The translations under genes were made by a program, and so were the position numbers. A stretch of 56,541 bases of DNA, the filler included, from Malacoraja senta (taxonomy: Eukaryota), in the NCBI GenBank assembly GCA_038087875.1. It is 2 parts of 2 records of this genome, joined end to end, with 100 filler letters (N's around TTAATTAATTAA, not from the genome) between each part and the next. Parts side by side here need not be neighbours in the genome. Positions count along the whole stretch, not along the records: positions 1 to 27,483 come from JAXLNO010003287.1; positions 27,584 to 56,541 come from JAXLNO010002519.1. The stretch is one strand, 5' to 3'. Positions 23,401 to 35,720 of the stretch are shown piece by piece (the stretch's first letter is position 1; each line of letters opens with the position of its first letter). Under the pieces are notes generated by a model that searched no databases, was not told where the DNA came from, and was given only the letters and a program-made list of their open reading frames with translations.

Positions 23401-26400
23401 GATGGTAAGTTCGCAGGCCGCGTTGGGAGCGATCCCAGGCAAGGGATCCGCTCCGATGGTAAGTCCACGCCCCGTGGTGGGGCTCACGACGGTCCTTTTC
23501 AACTGTTAAGTTGAAGTCAGAAAGAACAGATGCAAGAAGTATGAAGAAGGACACCAAGCTGAAACATTACGTAACCATGTCTTCCAGATGCTGCCTGAGC
23601 CACTGAGTTACACCTGCACATTTTTGTGTTTTTTTTAAATTACAGTAAAGTTATCCACCTGCAAAATCAGGACAGCCTGACCTACTTGAGTACTGCAGTA
23701 TGTGCTGCATTTTATATAACTCTGTTTAGTTTCATGCATGCAGAGATGCAGTGAAATGGTTTGGATGGAACAGCAGATGCTGGACACCCCGTCCCTTCTC
23801 TCCAGAGATGCTGCCTGTCCCGCTGAGTTACTCCAGCTTTTTGTGTCTGTCTGCAGTGAAATGGTTGTTCTGCATTCTCCCCAGTCAAGTCATACTGTAC
23901 ATAAGTACAATTCGTCCTCTTCTGGAACAGCACGCAGAGATCCACCACATTCCAGGACTATCTTGCAGCTTCCAAGTCTCTGAGAAGTCTGATTTTGCCC
24001 TAATGAAATACCCAATTTCACATTTCCTCATGTTAAGGCCCAGTGTCATAACAGCACTGGATTGATGAAGTAGAGGCGCCTGCCTCAGTTTAAGTTTTTC
24101 TGTTTCAAGATTGTGATCAAACCCTCGTCACTGGAACTGTGTCGCAGTGCCACCCATTACGTATCAGTCCCAATTATCTTTCAACATGCTGGAATCACTT
24201 GTTTTTTATCCTTTTTAGACTTTTTTCATGAATTGTTCAGCTTAAACAGTTATGCTACAGCAGTTAAGCGCAGCTACCACTTAGTTCCAGAGACGGAACA
24301 ACACAAGAGATAGTGTTGGAAGAATGATCAAACTCACACATAGTGGTTAGAATCCATAGTCTTTTATTAGTAACTCTGCAGAGGAAACACAAGGTGCTTT
24401 CTTCTCAGCATGCTTACTACCAGTCTACCAGAGAGAGAGAGAGCTGTCTAATAAGCCTGTGGGCGGAGCCACAGTATGAGTGACACTAATCTACAGATAG
24501 GCACAGGGATAAGTTTCGGTTTATTATTGTCACGTTTAGTTTCGAGGTACAGCATGAAAATAGGCCTTTTGGCCCACTGAACCTGTGCTGACTAACGACC
24601 ACCCAAATATTAGTTCTATCCTACACACTAGGGACAATTTACAGAAGCCAAAAAACTTACAAACCTGCACGTCTTTGAATGTGACGGAACTGTAGCACCC
24701 GGAGATAACTCACATGGTCACAGGGAGAATGTATGAACTCTATATAGACAGCACCCATTGTCAGGATTGAACTTTGGTCTGTGGTACTGTAAGGCAGCAA
24801 CTTTCCCTCTGCGCCACTGTGCTGCCCATGTACTGAGGTAGAGTGTAAAGCTTTGTTTTGCATGCTATCCAATTGGATGAGGTAACAAAATACATATATA
24901 TGATCATCAAACTCAAGTACTGTAGGTAGAGCAAAGGGGAAGGTACAGAGTGTGGCATGTAGTTCTCAGCAATGTAGCACAGCAGTTCCATTAGATAAGT
25001 GTTTCGACACGAAACGTGACACATTCCTTCTCTCCAGAGATGCTGCCTGACCCGTTGAGTTACTCTAGCATTTTGTGTCTATCTGCGGTTTAAACCAGCA
25101 TCTACAGTTCCTCCCTACATAGTTCTATAAACAAAGTCCACTGTCTTTAATGGGGTAGTGGTCAATTGGACAGTACCCTAGCTTATGGAACGATCATTCA
25201 GAAGCCTGATTTTCTCCTCGGTTATCAAGTTTCCGAGTAAGCCATTTGGTCCTCTAACCTGCCCACCATTCAATATGACCATGGCTGACGTTCCTCAGGC
25301 ATCAACTCCTGTTCGATATCAGTTCCTCATTGCACTCAGTTCTCCAATTTAAGTTTAATTAAGTTAACTAACGCCACATTAAATGCTTCCAATGATTTTG
25401 TCTTCACAAATCTCTGGCGCCAGAGAATGACCACACTCTGCAAAAAGAGATTTTGTAAACAAATGACTGGTCTCTTTTATCTCTTATTGAAGAGGAGTGA
25501 AAATACTGCCAATTTTAAGCTTGTCCCCTCCCCAATTGACCCTCATTTCGTAACTTGTCAATTATTTATTATTGTCAATAATATGCCCTAGTGAAAAGAT
25601 TTGCCGATGGTATTAGTTTATTATTGTCACATGAACTGTGATATAGTCAAAAGTTTGTCTGTGTGTTATCCAATCAGATCATACTACACATGTGCAATCA
25701 AGCCATCCACAAGTAGAACAGTGCAAAGAGAAAAATTCTCAGAGTGCAGAATATCGGGTTACAATATCATAGCATTACAGTTACAGAGAAAGTGCAGATC
25801 AAAAAGAGTTGCAAGGATCACAATGAGATTGGTTGGAAGATCAGGGCAACATCTTATCTTACATGAGAACCATTCAGTAGTCCAATAACAGTGGGGAAGA
25901 AGCTGTTCCTGAATTTAATGGTACGTACTTTCAAACTTTCTTGTGCACTGTCTTAACAGGGAGCGTGCGATCACTTTTAAACCACGTGGTTGGTTGATGG
26001 TGCCGAAAGAGGCAAAATGGGGCAGATGTGGACAGTAACTTGGTTGTTGTAGTGGACTGAAGAATATTTTGTGGTGGGTGACTGTGCAAGTTTTACTGAA
26101 GATGAAAATAACCATCTTACTGTCTTGTAGTTTCCCCTGAGGTCACTCTCGCTGCCCACCCTGATGATCATTCAGTCCTGTACTGCACTGTGTTTGGATT
26201 TTACCCACCGGCCATCAATGTCAGCTGGTTGCAGAATGGTCAACATGTCTCTGAGACCAAATCTTCTGGGGTCATACCCAACAACGATGGAACATATCAT
26301 CTAAGGTCTGTCCTTGAGTATGATCCGTATGATGGGAAACAGTATTCCTGTCATGTCGATCACAGCAGCCTGCCCGGTGGGAAGACCATCATCTGGGGTA

Positions 26401-27483
26401 AGAACGTTAAATATTCTTTCATAGATAATCATTATCTTCTGTTGTTTCCATTTTAATCATCATGAATACATCCCATATTCCAAGATGCTTAAACTTTCTT
26501 TGTTTAGTGGTGTTGCTCTAAGTAATCACGTAATCAGCACCCACTCTCCACATGAGCAGAAGACTTTGTCAACAGAACATTTATCAAAAGTAAATAAATA
26601 ACTAATATATAAGGAAGGAGTATTTGAGATTCTCAGTGGTGGAACTGAAATCTATGAAAGGTATGTTTAAATAAAAAATGAATCTTTCCTCATGATGTGA
26701 TTAACAACAAGGCACTGGGGGAGTACATGCCCCAATCTGAATCAATGGTCCGAAGTGGAAATGATTGAGAGCTTCATGTTCCTTGGCATGAATATATCCA
26801 ATATTCTGTCATGGACTGGCCACATAGCCAAGGAGGCACACCGACACCTCTACTTCCTCAGGAGACTGAGAATATTCATCATGTCTCTGGTGACTCTAGC
26901 AAACATCTATAGATGCCGCTAGAGAAAGCATGTTGTTGGGTTGCATCACATCTTGATTTGGGAACTGCACTGCCCAAGACTGCAAGAATATACAAAGAGT
27001 TAAAGATCATCACACAGGCCAGACTTCCCACTATTGGCTCAATCTACACTAGGTTGCCTTGGAAAACGAGACTTATCCCAACCTTCCTCCTTCTTGCTCC
27101 CATCAGGCATTAGGTACAGAAAGTTGAAAATATGCACTGCCAGACTCAGGAACACCCCCTTTCCACCTGTTAACAGGCTTCGGAAGGGTCCTTCCATAAT
27201 GTAGGTTTAATGCCCGATTCACCTCAACCTCATTGAACATTGAACATTGTCCATGGAACTGATGTGTTACAATGCTGAGAACTATATTCTGTACTCTGTA
27301 TCCTCCTCTTTGCTCTATCTATTGTTTTTGAGTTTGTATTTATGTATAGTTTTATAATTTGTTTGGATAGCATACAAAACAAACTTTGCTCATATTTTGA
27401 AACATCTGGCGTTAATAAAACTAAACCTAATGAAGTAAGTTCCATGACGCAAGTTACAGATTCAGCAACGAAAAATATAACTG
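20443..27483 (-). repeat. Right arm of the large inverted duplication; outer end lost in an assembly gap
   Basis: Reverse complement of 9294-16346 with scattered independent substitutions and indels. Confidence 0.97.
26131..26397 (+). CDS. Ig-C1 alpha3 exon of MHC class I-like heavy chain, copy 2
   Basis: Intact acceptor (tgtcttgtag) and donor (gtaag); one difference from copy 1 (CGC to CAC, Arg to His). No TM exon was assembled downstream. Confidence 0.9.
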
Positions 27484-27583
27484 NNNNNNNNNNNNNNNNN
27501 NNNNNNNNNNNNNNNNNNNNNNNNNNNTTAATTAATTAANNNNNNNNNNNNNNNNNNNNNNNNNNNNNNNNNNNNNNNNNNNN
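27484..27583. other. Assembly gap placeholder, 44N-TTAATTAATTAA-44N (100 bp)
   Basis: Symmetric N runs around a six-frame-stop 12-mer, totalling exactly 100 bp. Confidence 0.9.
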
Positions 27584-27763
27584 CAAGAAAAATATTAGAG
27601 GAACTGAATTGATTATGCTTTTAGCTTTGAAGAGGGATGTTGTGCAGATCATCTAATTGAGGTATAGAAAAGTATTTATGGCACAGAATATAATGTTATA
27701 TTCAGGAGGGAGGGACGGAATGCTGAGGCACAACAAATTTGCCATATGCTTGTTTATTGCTAG

Positions 27764-30230
27764 GGTACTTAGTCTAAATAAAGGGGATTATGAAGGTATG
27801 AGGACTGAGCTGATCAAAGTTGACTGGGATAGCAGACTCAAGAATAAGACGGTACATGAGCAGTGGCGTACGTTTAAGGATCTACTGTATAACCTTCAAG
27901 AAAAATGTATTCCTATGAAGAAAAAAAGGGGTAAGGGAAAGAACAGTCAGCCATGGCTCAGTAAAACTATAAAGGATAGTATTCGGCTGAAGGCAAGGGC
28001 ATATAAGGTAGCTAGAGATAGTGGGAGGGTAGAGGATTGGGAAGCATTTAAAGGTCAGCAAAAAATAACTAAGAGATTAATTAAGACGGGGAAAATAGAC
28101 TATGAAAGGAATTTAGCGAACAACATAAAAACTAATAGTAAGAGTTTTTATAGCTATATAAAAAGAAAAAGGGTGGCTAAGGTGAACGTTGGTCCAATGG
28201 AGGGTGAGACTGGAGAGTTGTTGGTGGGGAACATGGAAATGGCAAAGGCATTAAACGAGTATTTTGTATCAGTCTTCACCATAGAAGACACAAAAAATAT
28301 TCCAACGCTGGATAAACAGGGGGCGGTAGGAATGGAGGAGCTAAATACTATTAAGATCACCAAGGAGGTGGTATTAGGGAAATTAATGAGACTGAAGGAG
28401 GATAAATCCCCTGGGCCTGATGGATTACATCCAAGGGTCTTGAGGGAGATAGCGGTGGGGATTGTGGATGCATTGGTGATAATTTTCCAAAACTCCCTGG
28501 AGGCAGGAACGGTCCCAGTGGATTGGAAAATGGCCAATGTAACACCTATATTTAAAAAAGGAAGTAAACAGAAGGCGGGTAACTATAGACCGGTTAGTTT
28601 AACATCGGTGGTGGGTAAAATGTTAGAGACAATTATTAAAGAAACACTAACGGGGCACTTGGATAAACATGACTTCATCGGACAGAACCAGCATGGTTTT
28701 GTGAAGGGGAAGTCCTGTTTAACGAATCTGCTCGAATTCTTTGAGGAAGTAACAACCCGGGTGGATAAAGGGGAACCGGTGGATGTGGTATACTTGGACT
28801 TCCAAAAGGCTTTTGACAAGGTGCCACATAAGAGACTATTGCTAAAAATAAAAAAATATGGGATTGGGGGTAATATATTAGCATGGGTAGAGGATTGGCT
28901 AACAAATAGGAAGCAGAGAGTGGGGATAAATGGTTCATACTCGGGATGGCAACCGGTAACTAGCGGGGTTCCGCAAGGGTCGGTGCTGGGACCCCAGTTG
29001 TTCACAATTTATATAAATGATTTGGAGGAGGGAACCAAGTGTAATATATCAAAATTTGCGGACGATACAAAAATGGGAGGAAAAGTAGGGGATGAGGAGG
29101 ATAGGAAGAGTCTGCAAAAGGATATAGATAAGCTAGGTGAGTGGGCAACAACTTGGCAGATGAAATTTAATACTAATAAATGTGAAGTCATTCACTTTGG
29201 GAAAAAAAATGATAGGGCAAGTTATTTTCTAAATGAGGTGGAGCTGCGTTGTAATGCAACGCAAAGGGATCTAGGGGTAGTAGTACATGAATCACTAAAA
29301 GTTAGTATGCAGGTGCAGCAAGCAATCAGGAAGGCCAATGGAGTTTTGGCCTTTATTGCTAGGGGGATTGAGTATAAAAACACGGAGGTCTTGCTGCAGC
29401 TGTACACAGTATTAGTGAGACCACATTTGGAATACTGTGTACAGTTCTGGGGTCCATAGTTAAGAAAGGATGTACTGGCCCTGGAGGCAGTGCAGCGAAG
29501 GTTTACAAGATTAATTCCTGCAATGAGGGGATTGACATATGAGGAAAGGTTAAGTAGGCTGGAACTCTACTCTTTGGAGTTTAGAAGAATGAGAGGCGAT
29601 CTCATTGAAACATATAAGATCGTGAGGGGCCTTGATCGGGTGGATGCACCGAGGATGTTCCCAATGATCGGGGAAACTAGAACTAGGGGACATAGTTGTA
29701 GAATAAGAGGGGGCTCTTTTAAAACTGAGATGAGGAAGAACTTCTTCACCCAGAGGGTGGTTAATTTATGGAATTCACTGCCCCAGGGAGCAGTGGAAGC
29801 AGAAACATTAAATATATTTAAGTCTAAAATAGATGTTTTTTTAGCTGCCAAGGGGATAAGGGGCTACGGGGAGAGGGCAGGGATATGGACCTAGGTATGG
29901 TTAGTATAGTAAGACCTGAGTGATCTCCTGGACAAGTGTCGATCGCCTGGATTGTGGTCGGAGAGGAAATTCCCGGATTTTTTTCCCGAATTGGACCTGG
30001 GTTTTTATCCGGTTTTTTGCCTCCCCCAGGAGATCACGCGGTTCTTGGGGTGGAGAGGGGTGATAGCGATATAAAGGGGAGGGTAGTGTCTTGTGTTCTG
30101 TGTCTTGTGTCTACTGTTTGTGGGTAAGGGTGTCTGTTTAGTGTTCAGCCATGAGCGAATGGCGGTGCGGGCTCGATGGGCCTGGTGGTCTACTCTCGCA
30201 CCTACTTTCTATGTTTCTATGTTCTATGTT
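27764..30230 (+). mobile_element. Young 5'-truncated CR1 LINE
   Basis: Long open RT frame (KSPGPDG, NYRPVSLTS, YLDFQKAFDKVPH, GVPQGSVLGP, FADDTK) with a single TAG at 29457-29459, continuing in frame to 29894; 3' UTR ends in (TTCTATG)n. Confidence 0.95.
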
Positions 30231-31167
30231 TTAGTTTCTGTAATGAAGAATGAATTATAATCTGGCAAGCAAAGTCATTAATGGATTGTCTCGCGATTCC
30301 CAGGCATACTTTACACATGCCTGGCTATTTCACGTAATAGATCAAAAGTATTGCCTTGATTCTTTTTCACTAAATCAGTATCCCTTGGTTGGAAACCTTT
30401 ATGCCTTTGGCAAGAACCGTATGTACCTGACTGATCTATGAACACTCCTTTTAACTTTCTCTAAGCACGACAATCCCACTTTCTTTGGATTTTTCATGTA
30501 AGTGAAACCTTTCATCTTGATACCATTCTTGCTGTTTAATGCAGTCGAGCAGACTTGTGCAGAAGAGATTTGTAAAAACGTAGCATACCTTGCTTTTATT
30601 CTTTGCTTCTCTGTTCCAAAGGCTCGGTGTTCCTTTTTTAAACTGACTACTCAACTAACTTGTTCTGCAATTGTTAAAAATTGCCTTTGTACATCTGCAG
30701 CGGTCTCTGTCCCAACATCCCCCATATAATTGTACCATTTAGTTTACATGGAATTCTAGAGGTGAGAGCTGGGTTACTGTTCCTGCTCCGTTGCTAAGGT
30801 AGCACACCGTGCAGTGTAGCATTGCTTCCACTGATGAGGTGATGTGGAATGCTTGGTTTTAGGTACTGGTCATTCCAACCAATGACAGGACAGACACAAG
30901 TCGTAGACAACTCTAGACTGTCATTGGAACATTGGACATTAAAAACGACTGTAGAATTGCATGTAAACATGGGTGACAAACTGCATTAATATTTCCCATG
31001 GTTACAAGCATCTGATAATGTAGATCAGTGCATGCTCCTTTAACATAGTGACCTCTCTAGCTCCGGTGACGGACCACGAACAGCTAGGGCACTATGTGTG
31101 TGTGTATGATTACAATGTCTGCAATAAACTAGTAGTGAAGACATCACGTGTCTGACAAGTCTTTACA

Positions 31168-31197
31168 TGGTGTCAGAAGTGGGATTCGAACCCACGC
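31168..31197 (+). promoter_or_regulatory. Primer-binding site complementary to the 3' 30 nt of mature tRNA-Leu(CAG/CAA)
   Basis: TGGTGTCAGAAGTGGGATTCGAACCCACGC is the reverse complement of GCGTGGGTTCGAATCCCACTTCTGACACCA, including CCA. Confidence 0.9.
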
Positions 31198-34100
31198 TTT
31201 GATAGCTGATCCCTCAGTGCGAGTTACTGTGAATGGGATGACCTTACCTGCAAAGGTCGACACAGGGGCGTTTGCCAATGTTATGTCATTAAGCCTCTTT
31301 GAGCAGATAAGATCTGGTGAGAAGGTTAATGCCGACGACTCCCGTCTTCGTGCCTATGGGGGGGGGGAGTGCTCGTACCAGTCGGGAAGGCAACCCTTAT
31401 CTGCACAGTTCTGAAGACCTCTCGGCCGCTCTCTTTCCTCCTGCTGGAATCTGAGAATGTTACTCTTGGGCGCCAGTGCGTGCCAGGACCTCGGTTTGGT
31501 TTCCTTCCACCGCGATATCCACCTGGTGCAGGGCCCCATGGACCCCATGAGCGAGTACCCTGATCGTTTTGACGATGTATTGGGCAAACTACCCTTCAAT
31601 TACGAAATCGATGTGGACCCGGGGGTCGATCCGGTAATCCGCCCGGCTCACCGCGTCTCCTTTGCCATGAAGGACAGGGTGGAGTCGCCTCTGCGCCACA
31701 TGGTGGCCGTGGGCATCATCAAGGAGGTGAGTGATCCCACCCGGTGGGTCTCCACCATGGTCGTTGCTGCTAAGAAGGACAAGAGTGAGATTCGGATCTG
31801 TATAAACCCCAAGGACCTGAACCCCAAGCGCCTGCACTACCCCATGCGAACGGTGGAGGACGTCGCTGCACAGGTTGGCCCAGCCACTGTCTTCTCTGTC
31901 CTCGATGCCAAGAGCTCTTTCTGGCAGATTCCACTGGATGAACGTTCTTCCTTCCTGACCACTTTCGGTACACCTTTCGGCAGGATCCGTTTCCTCCGCA
32001 TGCCTTTCGGGATCAATTCTGCCAGCGAGGTTTTCCAGCGCACCATGGAGCAGCTATTTGCCGGTCTGCCGTGTGCTATCATCGTCGATGACATCTTAGT
32101 GTACGGGAGAGACGTCGCTGAGCATGACCTCCACCTCCGCCAAGTCCTGGATAGGGCTCGTGAGATCAACCTCAAACTGAACCCCAGAAAGTGCCGTTTC
32201 CGCGTCCCGGAGGTCACATACGTGGGCCACGTTTGCACGGCTGAGGGTCTGAAACCAGACCCACAGAAGACAGCTGCGGTCTCGGGGAAGCCAGCTCCGG
32301 TCGACGTGCCCAGTCTGCAGCGCTTCTTGGGCATGGTGAACTACCTGGGCAAATTCATTCCCGACCTCAGCGAGCTGAGTGCGCCCCTGAGGGAACTGAC
32401 CAAGAAAGACACTGCCTGGGTTTGGTACCCGCAGAATCAGGCAGCCTTCGATGCCTTGAAGTCCCGGCTGGTTTGCACCCCCACTCTCAAGTTCTTCGAC
32501 TTAAAGCGCCCCATCGTCCTCACGTGCGATGCCTCGAATTTCGGTCTCGGTGCTGCCTGCCTGCAACTCTACGACCGCCTGCAACTACCTGTCTCCTACG
32601 CTTCCCGCACCATGACCCCTGCCGAACAACGCTACGCTCAGATCGAGAAGGAGCTCCTTACCGTGGTGTTTGCCTGCTCGAAGTTCAAGGACTACATTCT
32701 GGGTAACACCTTCACTATTGAGACCGACCACCAGCCGCTGGTCACGATCTTGAACAAACCAATCCACGTTGCCTCTTCCCGTTTGCAGCGTATGATGCTG
32801 CAGGTTCAGCGCTTCACGTTTCGAATCGTGTACCGAAAGGGCAAGGACATGTTTGTGGCCGACACGCTGTCCCGCGCACCGCTGGCGTCTACTGCCCGCC
32901 ACCCGTACGAGTCGTCCGACCTGATGGTGCTAAACGTTAACTTTGTGCCTTCCCGGCAGATGCAGTCCCTGATTCAGCACACTGCCAATGATCCTGCCCT
33001 GCAACAGCTTGTAGACATCATCCGTCGTGGCTGGCCTGACCGTCACTCATCCTTGCCGGCTGGTGCTGCGCCCTACTTCCTAGTCCGGGATGAACTTGTG
33101 CTGCATGACGGCGTGGTGGTGAAGGGCCACAAGATTGTGGTGCCTGCTGCGCTGCGGGACCACTATTTCCAAACTGCCCACAGCGGCCATCCCGGAGCCG
33201 ATGCCACCTGTCCCAGGCCCAGAGCCAATTTTATTGGCCCGGCATGGCACAGGACATCCGGGATATGGTCTCCGCCTGCTCAACCTGCAATACCCTCTCT
33301 CCCCACCAGCAACGCCAGCCACTCCTGCAACAGCCTGCCCCCGACCTGGCGTGGATGGCGGTCGCTACTGACATATTTGAGTGGCGTGGCAAACATTTCC
33401 TGGTCCTTGTAGACTCCTATTCCAGCTGGTTCGAGGTGGATCAGCTGCACTCCCTCACTTCTGCTGCTGTCATTGGGAAGCTGCGCCGCAACTTTGGGAT
33501 CTTTGGCCCTCCTGTGACTTTGCAGTCTGACAACGGCGGCCAGTTCTCGAGTGCGGAGTTCCGCGCCTTCGCTGCCGCCTGGAACTTTCGCCACATCACC
33601 AGCAGCCCTGAGTACCCGCAGAGCAACGGCCTTGCTGAGCGCGCCGTCCGCAGTGCCAAGGAGCTGTTGGAGCAGTGTAGACTATCGCATTCGGATTTTT
33701 ACCTGGCCCTACTGAATCTCCGCAATATTTCTCGTGACCCTGCCCTAGGCTCGCCTGCTCAGCGGCTCATGTCCCGCACCACACGCCCTCCGATCCCTGT
33801 CTCCCAGCGATCCCTAGAGCCCGCGGTCCGCAGCCCTGCTGCTGTCCAGAAGCGCATTGCCCAGAAACAGACTATCCAGAAGCGCTCCCACGACAAATCC
33901 TGCCGTCCCCTTCCGCGTCTCTTCCAGGGCCAGGTCGTCCGGATGCAGTCCTCCTCAGGACACTACCGGCTGGCTGTTGTCGTCGGCTCTGCAGACTCCC
34001 CGCGGTCTTACCTGGTTGACTACGAGGGTGCCACCTACCGCCGGTCCCGCCAGCATTTGCTGCCGGTCAACGAGCCCGCTCCGCCTCCTGCAGCCCCTTT

Positions 34101-34446
34101 TGCACCTCCGGTTGCTTCCTCTCTGCCTACCACTCCTCACATGCCCAGGACTCTGCTCTCTCAACCCTTGGTGCCCCGTTCTCCCACTGCTCCTCCTGCC
34201 CACCCCCCCCCCCCCCAGCCTACCTCTCCCGCTCGCGTGCCCGCTGCGGTGCTCGTTTCTCCTCCCCGGTCTCCTCGTCCTCCCTCTCCTGCTCATTCTC
34301 CTGCCCGTTTCCCTATCACCGCTCCTGCTCCTGTCCCTGCTCTTCCTGCGGAGGGGGGGGGAGGGGGGGAGGGGGGGGAGGGCGGGCTGCGTACCCGCTC
34401 CGGGCGGTTGGTCAAGCCGCCTCTGCGTTACGGGGAGTTTGCTTGA
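31198..34446 (+). pseudogene. pol: Gypsy pol (protease, RT, RNase H, integrase) with three apparent frameshifts
   Basis: KVDTGA, LDAKSSFWQ, RMPFGI, IVDDILV, CDASNFGLG, YAQIEKE, HSGHPG..C..C, VDSYS, SDNGGQF, QSNGLAER and C-terminal RTRSGRLVKPP. Frameshifts near 31365, 31460 and 33210. Confidence 0.93.
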
Positions 34447-34759
34447 ATGTTTCAAATTTTTCCTGCCGGTGTGCGCGCGGGTTTGTTTCTAGCGTATGAG
34501 TCGTGGTCGCACTGTCATTATTGTAATGTTTTGTTTTCCAAGGGGAAGGATGTAGATCAGTGCATGCTCCTTTAACATAGTGACCTCACCACTACCCATT
34601 ATCTTCAGTATAATTGTAGCCTCCCCACCCCCAGCTCTCTCTCTAGCTCCAGTGACGGACCACGAACAGCTAGGGCACTATGTGTGTGTATGATTACAAT
34701 GTCTGCAATAAACTAGTAGTGAAGACATCACGTGTTTGACAAGTCTTTACAGGCTGCTC

Positions 34760-35720
34760 CATAATTTCCCAGTTATTCTAAGCGAGCCCCCAATCATCTA
34801 ATTGTTTCCCAAAGCCAGCCTACTTGCGTACCATAAAGTGCAGTTAGCAGAAAATGTCATCATAGGTGAAAACCCTGTTTACCTTTTCCAATGCACTAAG
34901 GGCATAATGGACCCAACTACACAACATCTACGTGCCATACACTTGAAATTCCAAACGCACGTTGCATATAATTCCTTGTCCGCTCTCAAACCCTCCAGCA
35001 AAGTGAGCAGCCTCCCTATCCATTCTTCCCATCAAAGATTGATAATTTTCCAGAGCTCCAACAACTTAATATGTGATTCACCACCCTGTCTAGAGATTCC
35101 TCCTCATCCCTTTCTAAAGATACATCATGTTATTCTGAGAAATGTGCTTGCCAAGACCATGGCATCTGCAATTTTAGTCTCCTGATCTTAGGAAGAATGT
35201 TCTTGTTATGGAGGGAGTGCTGTGAAGGTTCATCAGATTTCAGGGATGGGAGGACTAATGTATGAAGGGCGATTTGGGCGATTAGATTTACATTGTGATT
35301 AGGACCATTCAAAATCAACTACAACATTCTTATGGGTGTGTACAGATTCAAGAGAGTCAAGAGTGTTTTATTGTCATATGTCCCAGATAGTACAATGAAA
35401 TTCTTACTCACTGCAGCACAATGGAATATGTAAACATAGTACATGGTAAACAATATGAAAAACGAGAAAGAGNNNNNNNNNNNNNNNNNNNNNNNNNNNN
35501 NNNNNNNNNNNNNNNNNNNNNNNNNNNNNNNNNNNNNNNNNNNNNNNNNNNNNNNNNNNNNNNNNNNNNNNNNNNNNNNNNNNNNNNNNNNNNNNNNNNN
35601 GGAAATCCGGTCAGTTCAGGACCCAGTGGTCACAATCTGATGATCAGGCTTTAAGTTGAGATGAAGAGCGATTACTTCTCCACAGAATGATGAACGTGTG
35701 GAATGTTATACCACTGGAAG
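34760..35720. mobile_element. Decayed CR1 and Rex-type fragments around a 128-N gap (35473-35600)
   Basis: gatcttaggaagaatgttcttgttatggagggag (CR1), tttattgtcatatg (Rex tail, minus) and CR1 3' end after the gap. Confidence 0.5.

Larger units (their letters stand above)
31019..34751 (+). mobile_element. Gypsy/Ty3 LTR retrotransposon lacking gag
   Basis: LTRs at 31019-31167 and 34551-34751 (TG..CA), PBS at 31168, PPT aaggggaagga at 34540-34550, and PR-RT-RH-IN domain order. Confidence 0.96.

Noticed and set aside
27528-27539. Palindromic TTAATTAATTAA island at the end of the palindrome arm
   Set aside because: It sits between two 44-N runs totalling exactly 100 bp and has stops in all six frames: a scaffolding placeholder, not biology.
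30232-31018. AT-rich segment with several short ORFs as host exons
   Set aside because: No convincing splice-bounded frame or domain; possibly a very old TE remnant.
31168-31197. tRNA-Leu gene on the minus strand
   Set aside because: Only the 3' 30 nt are present and they include CCA, which eukaryotic tRNA genes do not encode; interpreted as a PBS.
33857-34492. Overlapping Pro/Arg-rich ORFs as env-like or antisense genes
   Set aside because: Alternative frames of the low-complexity GC-rich integrase tail; no signal peptide, TM or env motifs.
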